Assembly: GCA_937944105.1 (NCBI GenBank)
Contig: CALDZP010000007.1
Span: 69,423-133,422, forward strand
Direction: 5' to 3'
Source: an uncultured Ignavibacteria bacterium
GTDB lineage: Bacteria > Bacteroidota > Ignavibacteria > Ch128b
Length of the DNA stretch: 64,000 bases
Shown here: positions 18,788-28,867 of the stretch, piece after piece
Layout: each line of letters opens with the position of its first letter
Position numbering within the stretch: the first letter of the stretch is position 1
Notes under the pieces: model-generated
What the model was told of the DNA's origin: nothing
What the model saw: only the letters and a program-made list of their open reading frames with translations
Databases searched by the model: none
Translations under genes and position numbers: made by a program

Positions 18788-19957
18788 ATGAAACTTTTAA
18801 CAGCAATTATAACTGTAATTTTGATTATAAAAAAGGTTAGTTTTTGCCAGTTAGATTTGAATTCTAAAATTAATAATATAACTGTCAGACTCAATTTAAT
18901 ATTTGAAGAAAAACAGTCTACTAAATTTAGCCTTTGGAAAAAAGATTCATTTTTTAAGGGAGCTAATGTTCATCCATATAAAAAATTTTCTCCTTTTATA
19001 ATGAGAGAACCAATTGATGAAAATGATTTAATTGAACTAAAAAAACTTGGGGCTAATCTTGTTGTAGCAAATTTCCCAGGAGTATTTACTTATTTTCCAC
19101 CATACACAATCGATTCACTTCATCTAAAGAATTTAGATAGAATAGTTAATCTTACGGCAAACCATAATTTGTATTTAGTTATTGCATTGAGAAGTGGACC
19201 GGGGAGATCCCTCTATTCATTTTTCGATAAATTAAGAGAAGATGAAATTTTATTTCATGATCCCGTTGCAAAAGCTAAATATTTTGAAATGTGTGAATTT
19301 ATCACTAACCGTTATAAAAATTTTGGACACATAGTCGGTATTAATTTTTTACTCGAACCTCATCCAGATGATCCAGTCGCTATGAATCCAATTGATGATT
19401 CAAGTTACTTTGAATTCGTTGATTCATTAATACAAACTGTAAGAAAAATCGACAAAGAAATTCCAATAATAATTCAACCAATGGGTTGGGCATACCCTGA
19501 TAAATTTAAAACAATGAAAAAATTTAATGATGAGAAAATTATTTATAGCTTCGATATGTATTTTCCTCATTCATTTACAAATGAACAAAACGATTCATCT
19601 TATCCCGGATATTTTTTTGTAAAAGACTCATTAGTTTTTGTTGATTCGGAATTCTTAAGAGTTTTTCTTCAACCTGTATTAGAATTTAAAGAAAAACATA
19701 ATGTTCCCGTTTTTGTAAATGAATATGGTGGCATTCGATACAAAAAAGGATTACTAAATTATCTAAAAGATTTACATCAAATTTTTAAGGAACATGGATT
19801 TCATTTTGCTTACTATGTCTGGAAAAGTGAATGGTTAGAAATTGATGGAAATAGTTTCGATGAATTTAATTATGAAAAAGGACTGAATAAGAATGAACAA
19901 TTTAATACTAAGGATAATAAATTACTTGAAGAATTCATACGTATATGGAAAAATTAA
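18788..19957 (+). CDS. clan GH-A (GH5-like) glycoside hydrolase, putative
   Basis: Signal peptide, then a TIM-barrel-like pattern with a candidate acid/base Glu (FLLEPH) and nucleophile Glu (VFVNEYGG). Confidence 0.5.
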   Translation: MKLLTAIITVILIIKKVSFCQLDLNSKINNITVRLNLIFEEKQSTKFSLWKKDSFFKGANVHPYKKFSPFIMREPIDENDLIELKKLGANLVVANFPGVFTYFPPYTIDSLHLKNLDRIVNLTANHNLYLVIALRSGPGRSLYSFFDKLREDEILFHDPVAKAKYFEMCEFITNRYKNFGHIVGINFLLEPHPDDPVAMNPIDDSSYFEFVDSLIQTVRKIDKEIPIIIQPMGWAYPDKFKTMKKFNDEKIIYSFDMYFPHSFTNEQNDSSYPGYFFVKDSLVFVDSEFLRVFLQPVLEFKEKHNVPVFVNEYGGIRYKKGLLNYLKDLHQIFKEHGFHFAYYVWKSEWLEIDGNSFDEFNYEKGLNKNEQFNTKDNKLLEEFIRIWKN

Positions 19958-19965
19958 AAATGTGT

Positions 19966-20316
19966 TTATTCCTTAAGTGCTGCTACAGCAACTACATAAC
20001 GTTCACTATGAGAAATTGATACTACAAATCGCTCATCCCTAATGCCCTTGAAATATACATACGGCTTACCATTAACTTCATTTCTAACTTCAATATCTCG
20101 AAGCATTAAATTATCTTTAAATCCAGTACCTAATGCTTTAGCAATTGCTTCTTTAGCTGCAAATCGTGCAGCAAAATGTTGGGCAGGTTTTGCTTTAGAA
20201 TTGCAATATTTAATTTCCTCCTCACTGAAAACTTTTCTTAAGAAAATTTCTCCAAATTCTCTAATTAATTTATCAACTCTGTCAATTTCTATAATATCAA
20301 CACCTATTGATTTCAT
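19966..20316 (-). CDS. acpS: holo-[acyl-carrier-protein] synthase
   Basis: GVDIIEIDR...FAAKEAIAKALGTG is the AcpS signature. Length 116 aa. Confidence 0.9.
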   Translation of the reverse strand: MKSIGVDIIEIDRVDKLIREFGEIFLRKVFSEEEIKYCNSKAKPAQHFAARFAAKEAIAKALGTGFKDNLMLRDIEVRNEVNGKPYVYFKGIRDERFVVSISHSERYVVAVAALKE

Positions 20317-20317
20317 C

Positions 20318-21997
20318 TTAGTATCCTTCCGCTAATCCGTAACCCCGTGGATCTGATACTCCGTAATAAAAATTATTTTCATAGTCATAAAAAATTGCAT
20401 TCACCCAGCCAATTTTGCTTCTAGATTTAAATTTATGACCAAGTGATTCAAGTTTTGTTTTTGTGTCATCACTAATAGCGTAATCTTCATAAAAAATATC
20501 ATCAGGAATCAATTGATGGTGAATCCTTGGCATTGAAACAGCCTGCAGAATATTCATCTTAAAGTCAATAACATTCATCAAAACTTGTAGTACAGATGTA
20601 ATAATCATAGAACCACCTGGCGAACCAAGAATTAAAAATGGTTTATTATCTTTCAAAACAATGGTTGGTGTCATAGAACTTAACATTCTTTTACCAGGTG
20701 CAATTGAATTAGCCTCACTCCCTGTTAAACCGAATTGATTTTGAACTCCAGGTTTTATTGAGAAATCGTCCATTTCATTATTTAGCAAAAATCCAGCGCC
20801 ATCAACAACTATACTTGAACCATAAGAAGAATTAATAGTTGTAGTAACACTAACACAATTTCCATCTTTATCAATAATTGAATAATGAGTTGTTTCGAGC
20901 GACTCGTTCCCGAAAGCATTTAATTTATTTAGTTCATCAAATTTTGTAGCCGAATAAGGTGATATTTTAGAAAATAATTCTTTTGCATATTCTTTTGAGA
21001 TAAGTTTTTTAACAGGAACAAAAACAAAATCAGAATCACCAAGATACTCAGCTCGATCAAAATAGACTCTTTTTAATGCCTCAATCAAAAAATGATAATG
21101 TCTAGATGATTGATAATCGTTTTTATTAAATTCAATATTTTCAAGAATGTTTAGAGCTTCAACTAACGCAACTCCACCCGCACTGGGTGGTCCCATTGAA
21201 ATTATTTTATAATCTCGATACTTTCCTGTTACAGGTTTTCTTTCAACACAATGATAATTTTTTAAGTCTTCTAAGGTAATATAACCACCAAGTTTTTCTA
21301 CTTGTTTAACTATTAATTTGGCAACTTTACCTTCATAAAAACCTTTTCTACCGAATTTTTTAATTAGCATTAAAGTCTTTGCAAGATCTCTTTGAACAAA
21401 TAAATCCCCTTCACTAAATTTTTTACCATTTTTCGTAAATATTTTTTTTGAAGATTCGTATTTAATAAAATTATCATAATTTGAATTGATTGAGTTTGCT
21501 AGATCGTAACTTAATTTAAAGCCATCCCTTGCAAGTTTAATTGCAGGCTCAATGACTTGAGAGAATTTTAGTTTTCCATATTTATTATGAGTATAAATCA
21601 AACCATCTACCGAACCAGGAACACCTACTGAAGTTGCACCACTTTGTGATAAAGACAAAATTGGATTTCCAGTTGAATCAAGATACATATCTTTGTGTGC
21701 TTTTAAAGGCGCTTTTTCTCTAAAGTCAATTGTTGTGGCAAAACCATCATTGCGGTAATATACTAAAAATCCACCACCACCAAGATTTCCAGCAGCGGGA
21801 AAAGTAACTGCAAGAGCAAAACCAACTGCAACGGCTGCATCAATAGCATTACCACCTTTTTTGAGAATTTCTACCCCAACCCTGGTTGCAATATCACTAG
21901 CAGAAACTACCATTCCATTTTTACTTCTGGCAAGTTGAGCAGAAATTAAAGAAGGAATTAATAAAACAATTAAAATTATAATTTTAATTCTTATCAT
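20318..21997 (-). CDS. ggt: gamma-glutamyltransferase
   Basis: Signal peptide. Autoprocessing site and Thr nucleophile in the TTHYSI motif, and a GGxxI-type C-terminal motif. Length 559 aa. Confidence 0.9.
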   Translation of the reverse strand: MIRIKIIILIVLLIPSLISAQLARSKNGMVVSASDIATRVGVEILKKGGNAIDAAVAVGFALAVTFPAAGNLGGGGFLVYYRNDGFATTIDFREKAPLKAHKDMYLDSTGNPILSLSQSGATSVGVPGSVDGLIYTHNKYGKLKFSQVIEPAIKLARDGFKLSYDLANSINSNYDNFIKYESSKKIFTKNGKKFSEGDLFVQRDLAKTLMLIKKFGRKGFYEGKVAKLIVKQVEKLGGYITLEDLKNYHCVERKPVTGKYRDYKIISMGPPSAGGVALVEALNILENIEFNKNDYQSSRHYHFLIEALKRVYFDRAEYLGDSDFVFVPVKKLISKEYAKELFSKISPYSATKFDELNKLNAFGNESLETTHYSIIDKDGNCVSVTTTINSSYGSSIVVDGAGFLLNNEMDDFSIKPGVQNQFGLTGSEANSIAPGKRMLSSMTPTIVLKDNKPFLILGSPGGSMIITSVLQVLMNVIDFKMNILQAVSMPRIHHQLIPDDIFYEDYAISDDTKTKLESLGHKFKSRSKIGWVNAIFYDYENNFYYGVSDPRGYGLAEGY

Positions 21998-22911
21998 CTA
22001 AATAACCTTATTTTAGCATCGACTTTGATTCCTTGAGAATTTAATTGCTCTTGAAGCAAACGACTTATTTCATCAAGTCTGATAATACTTTGTTTAAGTT
22101 TAGCATACAACTCTTCATCATAAATGACTTTACCAAGATTATTTTCACCTGTTTTAGTTTGATTAAAAATCTGATCTAGTGCGTTAACAACTTTATTAAG
22201 ATTATTGACCAGGAGTCGTGTCTCATTAAAAGTTGCAAGCAAGGTATCTGAATTTTGAGTTAAGAATTTATCTGTTTTTTCAGTTATAACTGAAATATTC
22301 TCGATAGTTTTATCAAGTTTTGAGTTGTTTTTGATTAAAAATGAATTCAAGTTATTGGTTATTTCTTCAAGATTTTTAAGAGAATTTTTTAATGAGGTAA
22401 TTACAGTTTCATCTGAAAAATTTTTGTTAATTTTATCAAGCATATTTCTAGTATCTATAATAATTGCTTTCAAATCTTGTTCTACATTACCAACCATTGA
22501 AAGAGCCCCAGGGATATCTGTTGAAAGTTTTCCATAAAGGACATCATTAAAATCAAATAATTCATTACTTTCACCAGGCTTGAGCTCAATTTTTTTTCCG
22601 CCCATAAGATCCAACATCTCAACTCTTGCTTGAGCATCCTTTTTTATAATCACACTCTTTGGTATATATCCTTCTACAATTACATAATTCCCATCAATCT
22701 TAATATCATGAACTTTTCCCATTTTGACACCATTAACTGTAATATGATCCCCAATTTCAAGACCCGAAACTGAATCAAACCTCATTTTAAGTACATTATA
22801 ATCACCAGCTATGGTAATTCTTTTTGCCCAGCCAAGTATCCAGATAAAAATCAATAAGGCAAGTATTACGGTAACTCCAACTTTAATATTTGTTTTCCTG
22901 TTCTCTTTCAT
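21994..22911 (-). CDS. MlaD/MCE-family protein
   Basis: N-terminal TM followed by an MCE domain (GDHITVNGVKMGKVHDIKIDGNYVIVEGYI) and a C-terminal coiled coil. Confidence 0.8.
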   Translation of the reverse strand: MKENRKTNIKVGVTVILALLIFIWILGWAKRITIAGDYNVLKMRFDSVSGLEIGDHITVNGVKMGKVHDIKIDGNYVIVEGYIPKSVIIKKDAQARVEMLDLMGGKKIELKPGESNELFDFNDVLYGKLSTDIPGALSMVGNVEQDLKAIIIDTRNMLDKINKNFSDETVITSLKNSLKNLEEITNNLNSFLIKNNSKLDKTIENISVITEKTDKFLTQNSDTLLATFNETRLLVNNLNKVVNALDQIFNQTKTGENNLGKVIYDEELYAKLKQSIIRLDEISRLLQEQLNSQGIKVDAKIRLFR

Positions 22912-22912
22912 A

Positions 22913-23263
22913 TTAAAATTCCCGCCTAACTTTGTTATAAAATTCTTCTACAGTAGCTGAATCTATCTTATTTAAATTTGAAAGTTGTTCGAAGTCTTGA
23001 ATTAATTGTTGAAGATATTCATCACTATATTCTTCGTTCTCAATTTTATTTGAAAAATCTTTAAGAGCAAATTGAAGTTTATTTTTCATTGTATCTGATA
23101 CAACTTTTTCAGTTAATTTAGTAATAATTTTTTCTTTATCTTCTTCCTTGAAAAGTGAAAAAATTAATTTAACCCGTCTTGAATAATCACTAACGAAAAA
23201 AACTACAAAACCAATACAAAGAGTAACCAGTATAATTAAAATATAAAATTTATACTTCTTCAT
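22913..23263 (-). CDS. hypothetical membrane-anchored protein (116 aa)
   Basis: Single N-terminal TM with a charged helical C-terminus. Tightly packed between the CNNM-family gene and mlaD. Confidence 0.5.
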   Translation of the reverse strand: MKKYKFYILIILVTLCIGFVVFFVSDYSRRVKLIFSLFKEEDKEKIITKLTEKVVSDTMKNKLQFALKDFSNKIENEEYSDEYLQQLIQDFEQLSNLNKIDSATVEEFYNKVRREF

Positions 23264-24551
23264 TTGTTAATTTTCTAATTAAAACCTTTTCAATCTTCTT
23301 TTCAGAAGCACTTTTAATTTCAAATCTATAATTTTTAAAGTCGATAAAACTGCTAACCTCAGGTAAATCACCAAATTTTTCGAGTAAGAATCCTCCAAGA
23401 GTATCGTAATCTTCTTCTTCTGATTTTAATTCCGTATCAAGCATTTCTTCAAGAGTATCGATTGGTATTCTTGCATCTACAATGTAAGTGTTATCGTTGA
23501 TTTTCTTATAAAAATCTTGAGAATCATCTGAATACGATAAATTGCTCATAATTTCCTCAAGAATATCCTCCATGGTTACAAGTCCAGCTGTTCCACCAAA
23601 TTCATCAACTACGATGGCAATATGAATATTTCTTTTTTGAAATTCTCTAAACATTTCATCTATATTTTTGCTTTCGGGAACAAAAATGGCAGGTCGTAAA
23701 ATTTTACTTATCTGAAATTCTTCTTCTAATTTAGAGTCATTTTTCTGTAATTGAATGTAAAATGCGAGTAGATCTTTTATATAAATAAATCCCACAATGT
23801 TATCAATATTATTTTTATAAACAGGAAGCCTTGAATGTTTTGAATTTTGAAATTTCATCAGGACAGAATTAAAATTTTCATTAATCTCTGCTGCTACCAT
23901 TTCAGTTCGAGTTGTCATTATCTCTTTGACAGTAGTTTCACCAAATTCAATAATACCATGAATTAAACTTCGTTCATCTTTTTCAATTGCTCCGTATTCT
24001 GCACTCAAATCCGCAAGAGTTTTTATTTCTTCAACTTTGATTGCTGTTTTTGATTTATCTATTGAAAAATTTCGTTGAAAAATTCTTGAAATGAAATTAA
24101 AAATGAAAGTTACAGGTGCAAGTAAAGTATATAACCAGTGTAATGGATAACAAGCAAAGATTGCATATTCTACAGGGAAACGATTTGCAACTATTTTAGG
24201 AATTATTTCTCCAATTAATAAAAGAACAATTGTTAATAAGATAATTTCAATTGAAACTAATAAATCGGGGTTCCAACCAATTGAATGGGCAAATTTTACA
24301 GTCAAAAATGCCAGTAAAATTGAAATACCAACATTAGCTAAATTATTACCAATTAAAATTGTAATTAATATTTTTCTGGGAAATTCAAGTAACCTCTTGA
24401 TGTATTTTGCAGCAAGTGGATTACGATTGGAAATTAATTTCAATTTTTTTTCATCAATAGAAAAAAGAGCAACCTCCGAACCAGAAAAAAATGCTGATAC
24501 AATAAATAATCCAATTACAATCAATAAATGCACAAACGAATCTGTATCCAA
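23250..24551 (-). CDS. CNNM/DUF21-CBS-CorC_HlyC family transporter-associated protein (TlyC-like)
   Basis: N-terminal 4-TM DUF21, tandem CBS domains, and a C-terminal CorC/HlyC domain (FEIKSASEKKIEKVLI). Confidence 0.8.
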   Translation of the reverse strand: MDTDSFVHLLIVIGLFIVSAFFSGSEVALFSIDEKKLKLISNRNPLAAKYIKRLLEFPRKILITILIGNNLANVGISILLAFLTVKFAHSIGWNPDLLVSIEIILLTIVLLLIGEIIPKIVANRFPVEYAIFACYPLHWLYTLLAPVTFIFNFISRIFQRNFSIDKSKTAIKVEEIKTLADLSAEYGAIEKDERSLIHGIIEFGETTVKEIMTTRTEMVAAEINENFNSVLMKFQNSKHSRLPVYKNNIDNIVGFIYIKDLLAFYIQLQKNDSKLEEEFQISKILRPAIFVPESKNIDEMFREFQKRNIHIAIVVDEFGGTAGLVTMEDILEEIMSNLSYSDDSQDFYKKINDNTYIVDARIPIDTLEEMLDTELKSEEEDYDTLGGFLLEKFGDLPEVSSFIDFKNYRFEIKSASEKKIEKVLIRKLTNEEV

Positions 24552-24582
24552 GCTAATCTACTCCTTTATTTACTTAAACAAC

Positions 24583-25020
24583 TTAAAACGGTAAATCTTC
24601 CTCTGGATTTGAATCAGAAGATATTTCAGGTGCTGGAGGTTCAGAAACTTGTGAATCATTTTCAGCAGCAGGTTCTTCTGCAGCCGGTGGTCTATCCAGC
24701 AAAATTAAATTATCTGCATAAACTTCGACAACAAATCTTTTAATGTTTTGTTTATCCATATAGTCTCTTTTAGCTAAACGACCTTCAACATATACTCTTC
24801 TGCCTTTTTTTACATAATCCTTCATATTTTCAGCTAATTTGTCAAAGCAAACAATATCGTGCCAGGTAGTGGTTCTTTGCCAGTTTCCATTCTGGTCTTT
24901 TTGATTTTGATCAGTTGCTAGACTGAATCGCATAACAGCCATACCAGTATTGGTATACTTAACTTCAGCGTCCCGCCCAACATAACCAATCAACATGATT
25001 TTATTAAGTGATTGAGCCAT
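24583..25020 (-). CDS. ssb: single-stranded DNA-binding protein
   Basis: The OB fold (NKIMLIGYVGRDAEVKYT...) and an acidic C-terminal tail ending EEDLPF. Confidence 0.93.
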   Translation of the reverse strand: MAQSLNKIMLIGYVGRDAEVKYTNTGMAVMRFSLATDQNQKDQNGNWQRTTTWHDIVCFDKLAENMKDYVKKGRRVYVEGRLAKRDYMDKQNIKRFVVEVYADNLILLDRPPAAEEPAAENDSQVSEPPAPEISSDSNPEEDLPF

Positions 25021-25030
25021 TTTATTTCTC

Positions 25031-27529
25031 CTATTTGATGAAGTTTAATTTAATTGTTTTTGATTGATTGTTAAATTTAACTCTTAAAAGATAAATACCA
25101 GAATAAAAATTATCAAAATTTAGTTTGAGTTCATTTCTACCTTTCAACATATAAAAATTCTCTTCCATTACTTTTTCACCTAAGATATTAAAAATCTTAA
25201 TATTAGTATACCCGTTTTCAGGAAGATTTACAAACATTTTTGTTTCGGAATTAAAAGGTTGTGGGAAGTTAAATGAAACAGAAAAATTATCAGCTATTTC
25301 AGATTGAGCCTCAATATATGTTAAGCTTTCGAAAAATTTTATAATATCTTCAATCACTAAATCTTTTGATTGTTTATTATTGGTTGTTTCAAGTGCAAAA
25401 GAAAGAAAAATTAATTTTCCACTCTGTGAACCACCTGGAAAAATTCCATTAAAATATATTCCCCCAATTTTTCCATTCCTATATAATAAACATGACTGAG
25501 ACCCATTAGTAGGTTGTATAGCATCAGGCCAATCTTCGGGATAAACATTTCCCAAAGTGATATCTGAAGGCAACCTTCGAATTACAGTTTCATTTGAATA
25601 TACAGACAAAGATCCTGAATTATCTGCTACATAGATTGCTTTAAGAAAATTATTGAGAAAATCAGGAGCAGATGATGAAAGCTCATATCCAATTTCAGAA
25701 CCTGTGATAAAAAGTTTTCCTCCATTTTTCAAATAATTCATTATAATAGACTGTTCACTGCCATTAAATGTTTTGTTAGCAGTAGATTCATCACCGAGAA
25801 ACCACAAAACACCATCATAATTATTAAGGGAGATAAGATTTGAAATAACAGCTTCATTTGAAGCCGCATCTACATCTCTATTGATCTTATAAATAGATGA
25901 AGAATAAAATTCATTAAACGAATGAAAAGGTTGATTGTAACTTCCAGTAGTTCTATCAAATCCATCAACAACTAAATATCTTTTATTATTACCTGTAGAA
26001 GAGGAATAAATATCTGTTGAATAAGAAATTAAACCAGATTGATTAACCGCGATAATTTTAACAAAATAAATTTTATCAGGAGCTAAATTACTTATGAGAA
26101 CAGATGTAGAATCTCTACTCAAATAATTTTCATCAAGATATGGCTGATTAGAGAAATTCAAAGAATCAACTGAAAGGAAGAGTCGATATCCAATTATTTT
26201 ATTTGGGAAAAGATGCGTCCATTTAATTTCTAATTCACCAATTCCAGAAATTTTTCTTCCTTTTACATATTGAAGTATCGGTTGTTCAGGAGGCAAAATT
26301 AAAATTGTATCCTTTATAAATTCTTCAAGAACAAACCAGATATCTTTATTTGTGTTATCCATTCCCAGAGCCCATATTCCAACACCAGCTAAATTTTTAG
26401 ATTTAATAAATTGATATTTATAAAAAGCACTTTCAGGATCTTCATACCAGGCTTGATGCCAGGTGCCGTCAATTGTTTGATACCTATACCACGCATTTAA
26501 TGATTCAGAATCCCACAATCTTGAATATTCAATTGCATTGAGTTTGGCATCGGGATAATACAATACAGAACCTGCTCCCAAAGTTGTGGCTTTTTTATTA
26601 GGTGAATTAACCGGCCAGTCATAACCATAATGTGGCATACCATAAATTGTTTTAGAAGGAATTGCACCGCTTGCAAGAGCATTATTTATAAAACTTGTTG
26701 CATTTGTTGATGACCAACCCTGCAATCTACCGACTGGTCCAGCCTGACTTCCAGTTGAATAAGCATAACCATAACATTGTAAAAAAGTTAGATCACAAAT
26801 TTGTGTAACTTGCGCCAAATCCCAATCGCCTTGACGGAAATCAAAATCTGTTGGTGCACAGGTTAAAATGTAATTTGAATCATTTGACTTTAATGAATCT
26901 CGTAACTGTCTTAAAAAGGATGTCAAATTATCTTTTTGACCCGATTGAATTCCCTCAAAATTTATATCAATACCATTCACATTCCTTGCTTTTACAAGTT
27001 GAATTAAATTATTGATTAAATTAACTCTATAGTTCATATTCGAAAGTAATGCAGTTATAGCTGATCCAGAAAATTGAGTGACGCTGAGTACAATTTTTAC
27101 ATTTTTTTGTTTTGCAGCATTTATGAAATTTGTCACATTAGAATTTGTTAACCAACCATGATCATTAACTACGTTCCCCATGGAATCAATTTCAGCACTA
27201 TGAAACGCAACTAAAAATAATAAATCGTAACTAATTGTATTCCAGCGATTCAAAAACCAATAAGGGAAATATCCAAAAACTTTATATCGCAATTGATTAC
27301 CTTGAAAAGTCGTTATTTCATTTTCAAAATCTGAAATTTCATTTTCGATAAAAGAAGAGATAGAATCCTTATCGGTTATAGAAACATAATTTTTGTAATA
27401 GTCATGAAAGAATTTATGAACACTAAATTCCCCAGTTTCAAGAATACCAAAATCCTCTTGTTGCCCAAAAGCATCAGTAAAAAATAGTAAAATCAATATC
27501 AAAAAAAGTATGTTAAGTAATCTAATCAT
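25031..27529 (-). CDS. GH18-like glycosyl hydrolase domain protein with Fn3-like region and T9SS C-terminal sorting domain
   Basis: Signal peptide. GH18 (beta/alpha)8 signature region VNGIDINFEG, where the canonical motif is DGxDxDWE. The C-terminal ~80 aa (KIFNILGEKV...LLRVKFNNQSKTIKLNFIK) is a type-A Por/T9SS CTD. Confidence 0.75.
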   Translation of the reverse strand: MIRLLNILFLILILLFFTDAFGQQEDFGILETGEFSVHKFFHDYYKNYVSITDKDSISSFIENEISDFENEITTFQGNQLRYKVFGYFPYWFLNRWNTISYDLLFLVAFHSAEIDSMGNVVNDHGWLTNSNVTNFINAAKQKNVKIVLSVTQFSGSAITALLSNMNYRVNLINNLIQLVKARNVNGIDINFEGIQSGQKDNLTSFLRQLRDSLKSNDSNYILTCAPTDFDFRQGDWDLAQVTQICDLTFLQCYGYAYSTGSQAGPVGRLQGWSSTNATSFINNALASGAIPSKTIYGMPHYGYDWPVNSPNKKATTLGAGSVLYYPDAKLNAIEYSRLWDSESLNAWYRYQTIDGTWHQAWYEDPESAFYKYQFIKSKNLAGVGIWALGMDNTNKDIWFVLEEFIKDTILILPPEQPILQYVKGRKISGIGELEIKWTHLFPNKIIGYRLFLSVDSLNFSNQPYLDENYLSRDSTSVLISNLAPDKIYFVKIIAVNQSGLISYSTDIYSSSTGNNKRYLVVDGFDRTTGSYNQPFHSFNEFYSSSIYKINRDVDAASNEAVISNLISLNNYDGVLWFLGDESTANKTFNGSEQSIIMNYLKNGGKLFITGSEIGYELSSSAPDFLNNFLKAIYVADNSGSLSVYSNETVIRRLPSDITLGNVYPEDWPDAIQPTNGSQSCLLYRNGKIGGIYFNGIFPGGSQSGKLIFLSFALETTNNKQSKDLVIEDIIKFFESLTYIEAQSEIADNFSVSFNFPQPFNSETKMFVNLPENGYTNIKIFNILGEKVMEENFYMLKGRNELKLNFDNFYSGIYLLRVKFNNQSKTIKLNFIK

Positions 27530-27987
27530 TAGAAATTAAATTGAAAGATTAAATTTATTTCATCGTTTTTTGTACGTAATTCAAAATTAAAAAGATGAGC
27601 ATCAACATAAGCATCAACTAAATTTAAGAAATATGTTAATCCCATATAGATTGCAAAAAGATCTCTCTGATCTCTGTAAAATTCTCGTATTCGCTTATAA
27701 ACGATATTTTCATTTCCATAATTAATACTTTTTTGATATAAGTCACGATAGTCTTTATAAAATTTATTGTTTTGCCACCAATTGTAACTGAACCAACCCA
27801 TCAATCCCCAAATCAATGGGGCTTTCCAGTAAGATTTATTATAAATCTGACCAAGGCCAGGTAGAAGAGCAGATCTAAGAACAGCATTCCACGGTGATTT
27901 GGTTTCGATTCTTAATGTATCCAAATTTTGAGCCAAAAGATGAGAAGTAATTAAAAATAAATTAATTAACAGTATTATTCTGAGCAT
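27529..27987 (-). CDS. DUF5683-domain protein
   Basis: Signal peptide plus SALLPGLGQIYNKSYWKAP. This family typically follows parB in Bacteroidota. Confidence 0.7.
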   Translation of the reverse strand: MLRIILLINLFLITSHLLAQNLDTLRIETKSPWNAVLRSALLPGLGQIYNKSYWKAPLIWGLMGWFSYNWWQNNKFYKDYRDLYQKSINYGNENIVYKRIREFYRDQRDLFAIYMGLTYFLNLVDAYVDAHLFNFELRTKNDEINLIFQFNF

Positions 27988-28867
27988 TATTTAATATATC
28001 CAGAATTCTTTCCATTTCATCACGTGAATAAAATTGAATTTGAAATTCACCACTTCCATCTGATTTAAGCAAAAGTTTAACATTTGTACCGAACTTAATT
28101 CTTAAATCAGAAACAATTGATTCAATATTGGGATCATTCTTTAATGAAACAGATGGGCTTTGTTTGTTTTGTTTTTTCTTTTGTCTTGCAAGTTTTTCAA
28201 CTTCTCGAACAGAATACTTCTCTGAGATTATTTTTTTCCACAAAGCTAATTGTTCATCTACATTCTCAATATTTATCAACGCTCTAGCATGACCTGGAGT
28301 AATTTCATTTTTTATTATACTTTTTTGAATTACATCTGGAAGTTTTAAAAGTCTTACAAAATTTGAAATTGTTGATTTATCTTTTCCAGTTTTCTTAGAT
28401 ATTTCTTCTAAAGTAAGATTACATTCATCCATTAATCTTTTAAAGCCCAGTGCAATTTCAATAGGATTTAATGTTTCTCGTTGAATGTTCTCAATCAGTG
28501 ATAATTCAATCAATTCTTCTTTTGAATGAACCTCAATTATATAAGCAGGTATAAGATCAATTCCAGCAATAATTGAAGCACGAAGTCTTCGCTCACCTGA
28601 GATGAGTTCAAATCTGTCATTTCCTTTACGGTGAACTGTTATTGGTTGAATTACACCATTTTGTTTAATTGATTGAGCAAGTTCATTTAATGATTGAAGA
28701 TCAAACTCAATACGAGGTTGAAAAGGGTTGGGATCTATTTTATCCACAGGTATTTTTGATATGATACCTGTTTTTTGCTCATCGTCTAATTTAACTTTTG
28801 GTTCTTCTTCAAGTGCTCCAGGTAATAAAGCTCCAAGACCTTTACCTAAAACCTGTTTTGATTTCAT
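27962..28867 (-). CDS. parB: chromosome partitioning protein ParB/Spo0J
   Basis: ParB box GERRLRAS with an HTH. Lies downstream of parA. Confidence 0.9.
   Translation of the reverse strand: MKSKQVLGKGLGALLPGALEEEPKVKLDDEQKTGIISKIPVDKIDPNPFQPRIEFDLQSLNELAQSIKQNGVIQPITVHRKGNDRFELISGERRLRASIIAGIDLIPAYIIEVHSKEELIELSLIENIQRETLNPIEIALGFKRLMDECNLTLEEISKKTGKDKSTISNFVRLLKLPDVIQKSIIKNEITPGHARALINIENVDEQLALWKKIISEKYSVREVEKLARQKKKQNKQSPSVSLKNDPNIESIVSDLRIKFGTNVKLLLKSDGSGEFQIQFYSRDEMERILDILNNAQNNTVN

Noticed and set aside
17737-18894. Long version of the EEP-family ORF starting at 18894
   Set aside because: The extra 41 N-terminal residues precede a canonical signal peptide beginning at an internal Met (MFYRIIIICL...). 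The long form would also overlap the divergent GH5-like gene. The start at 18771 is preferred.
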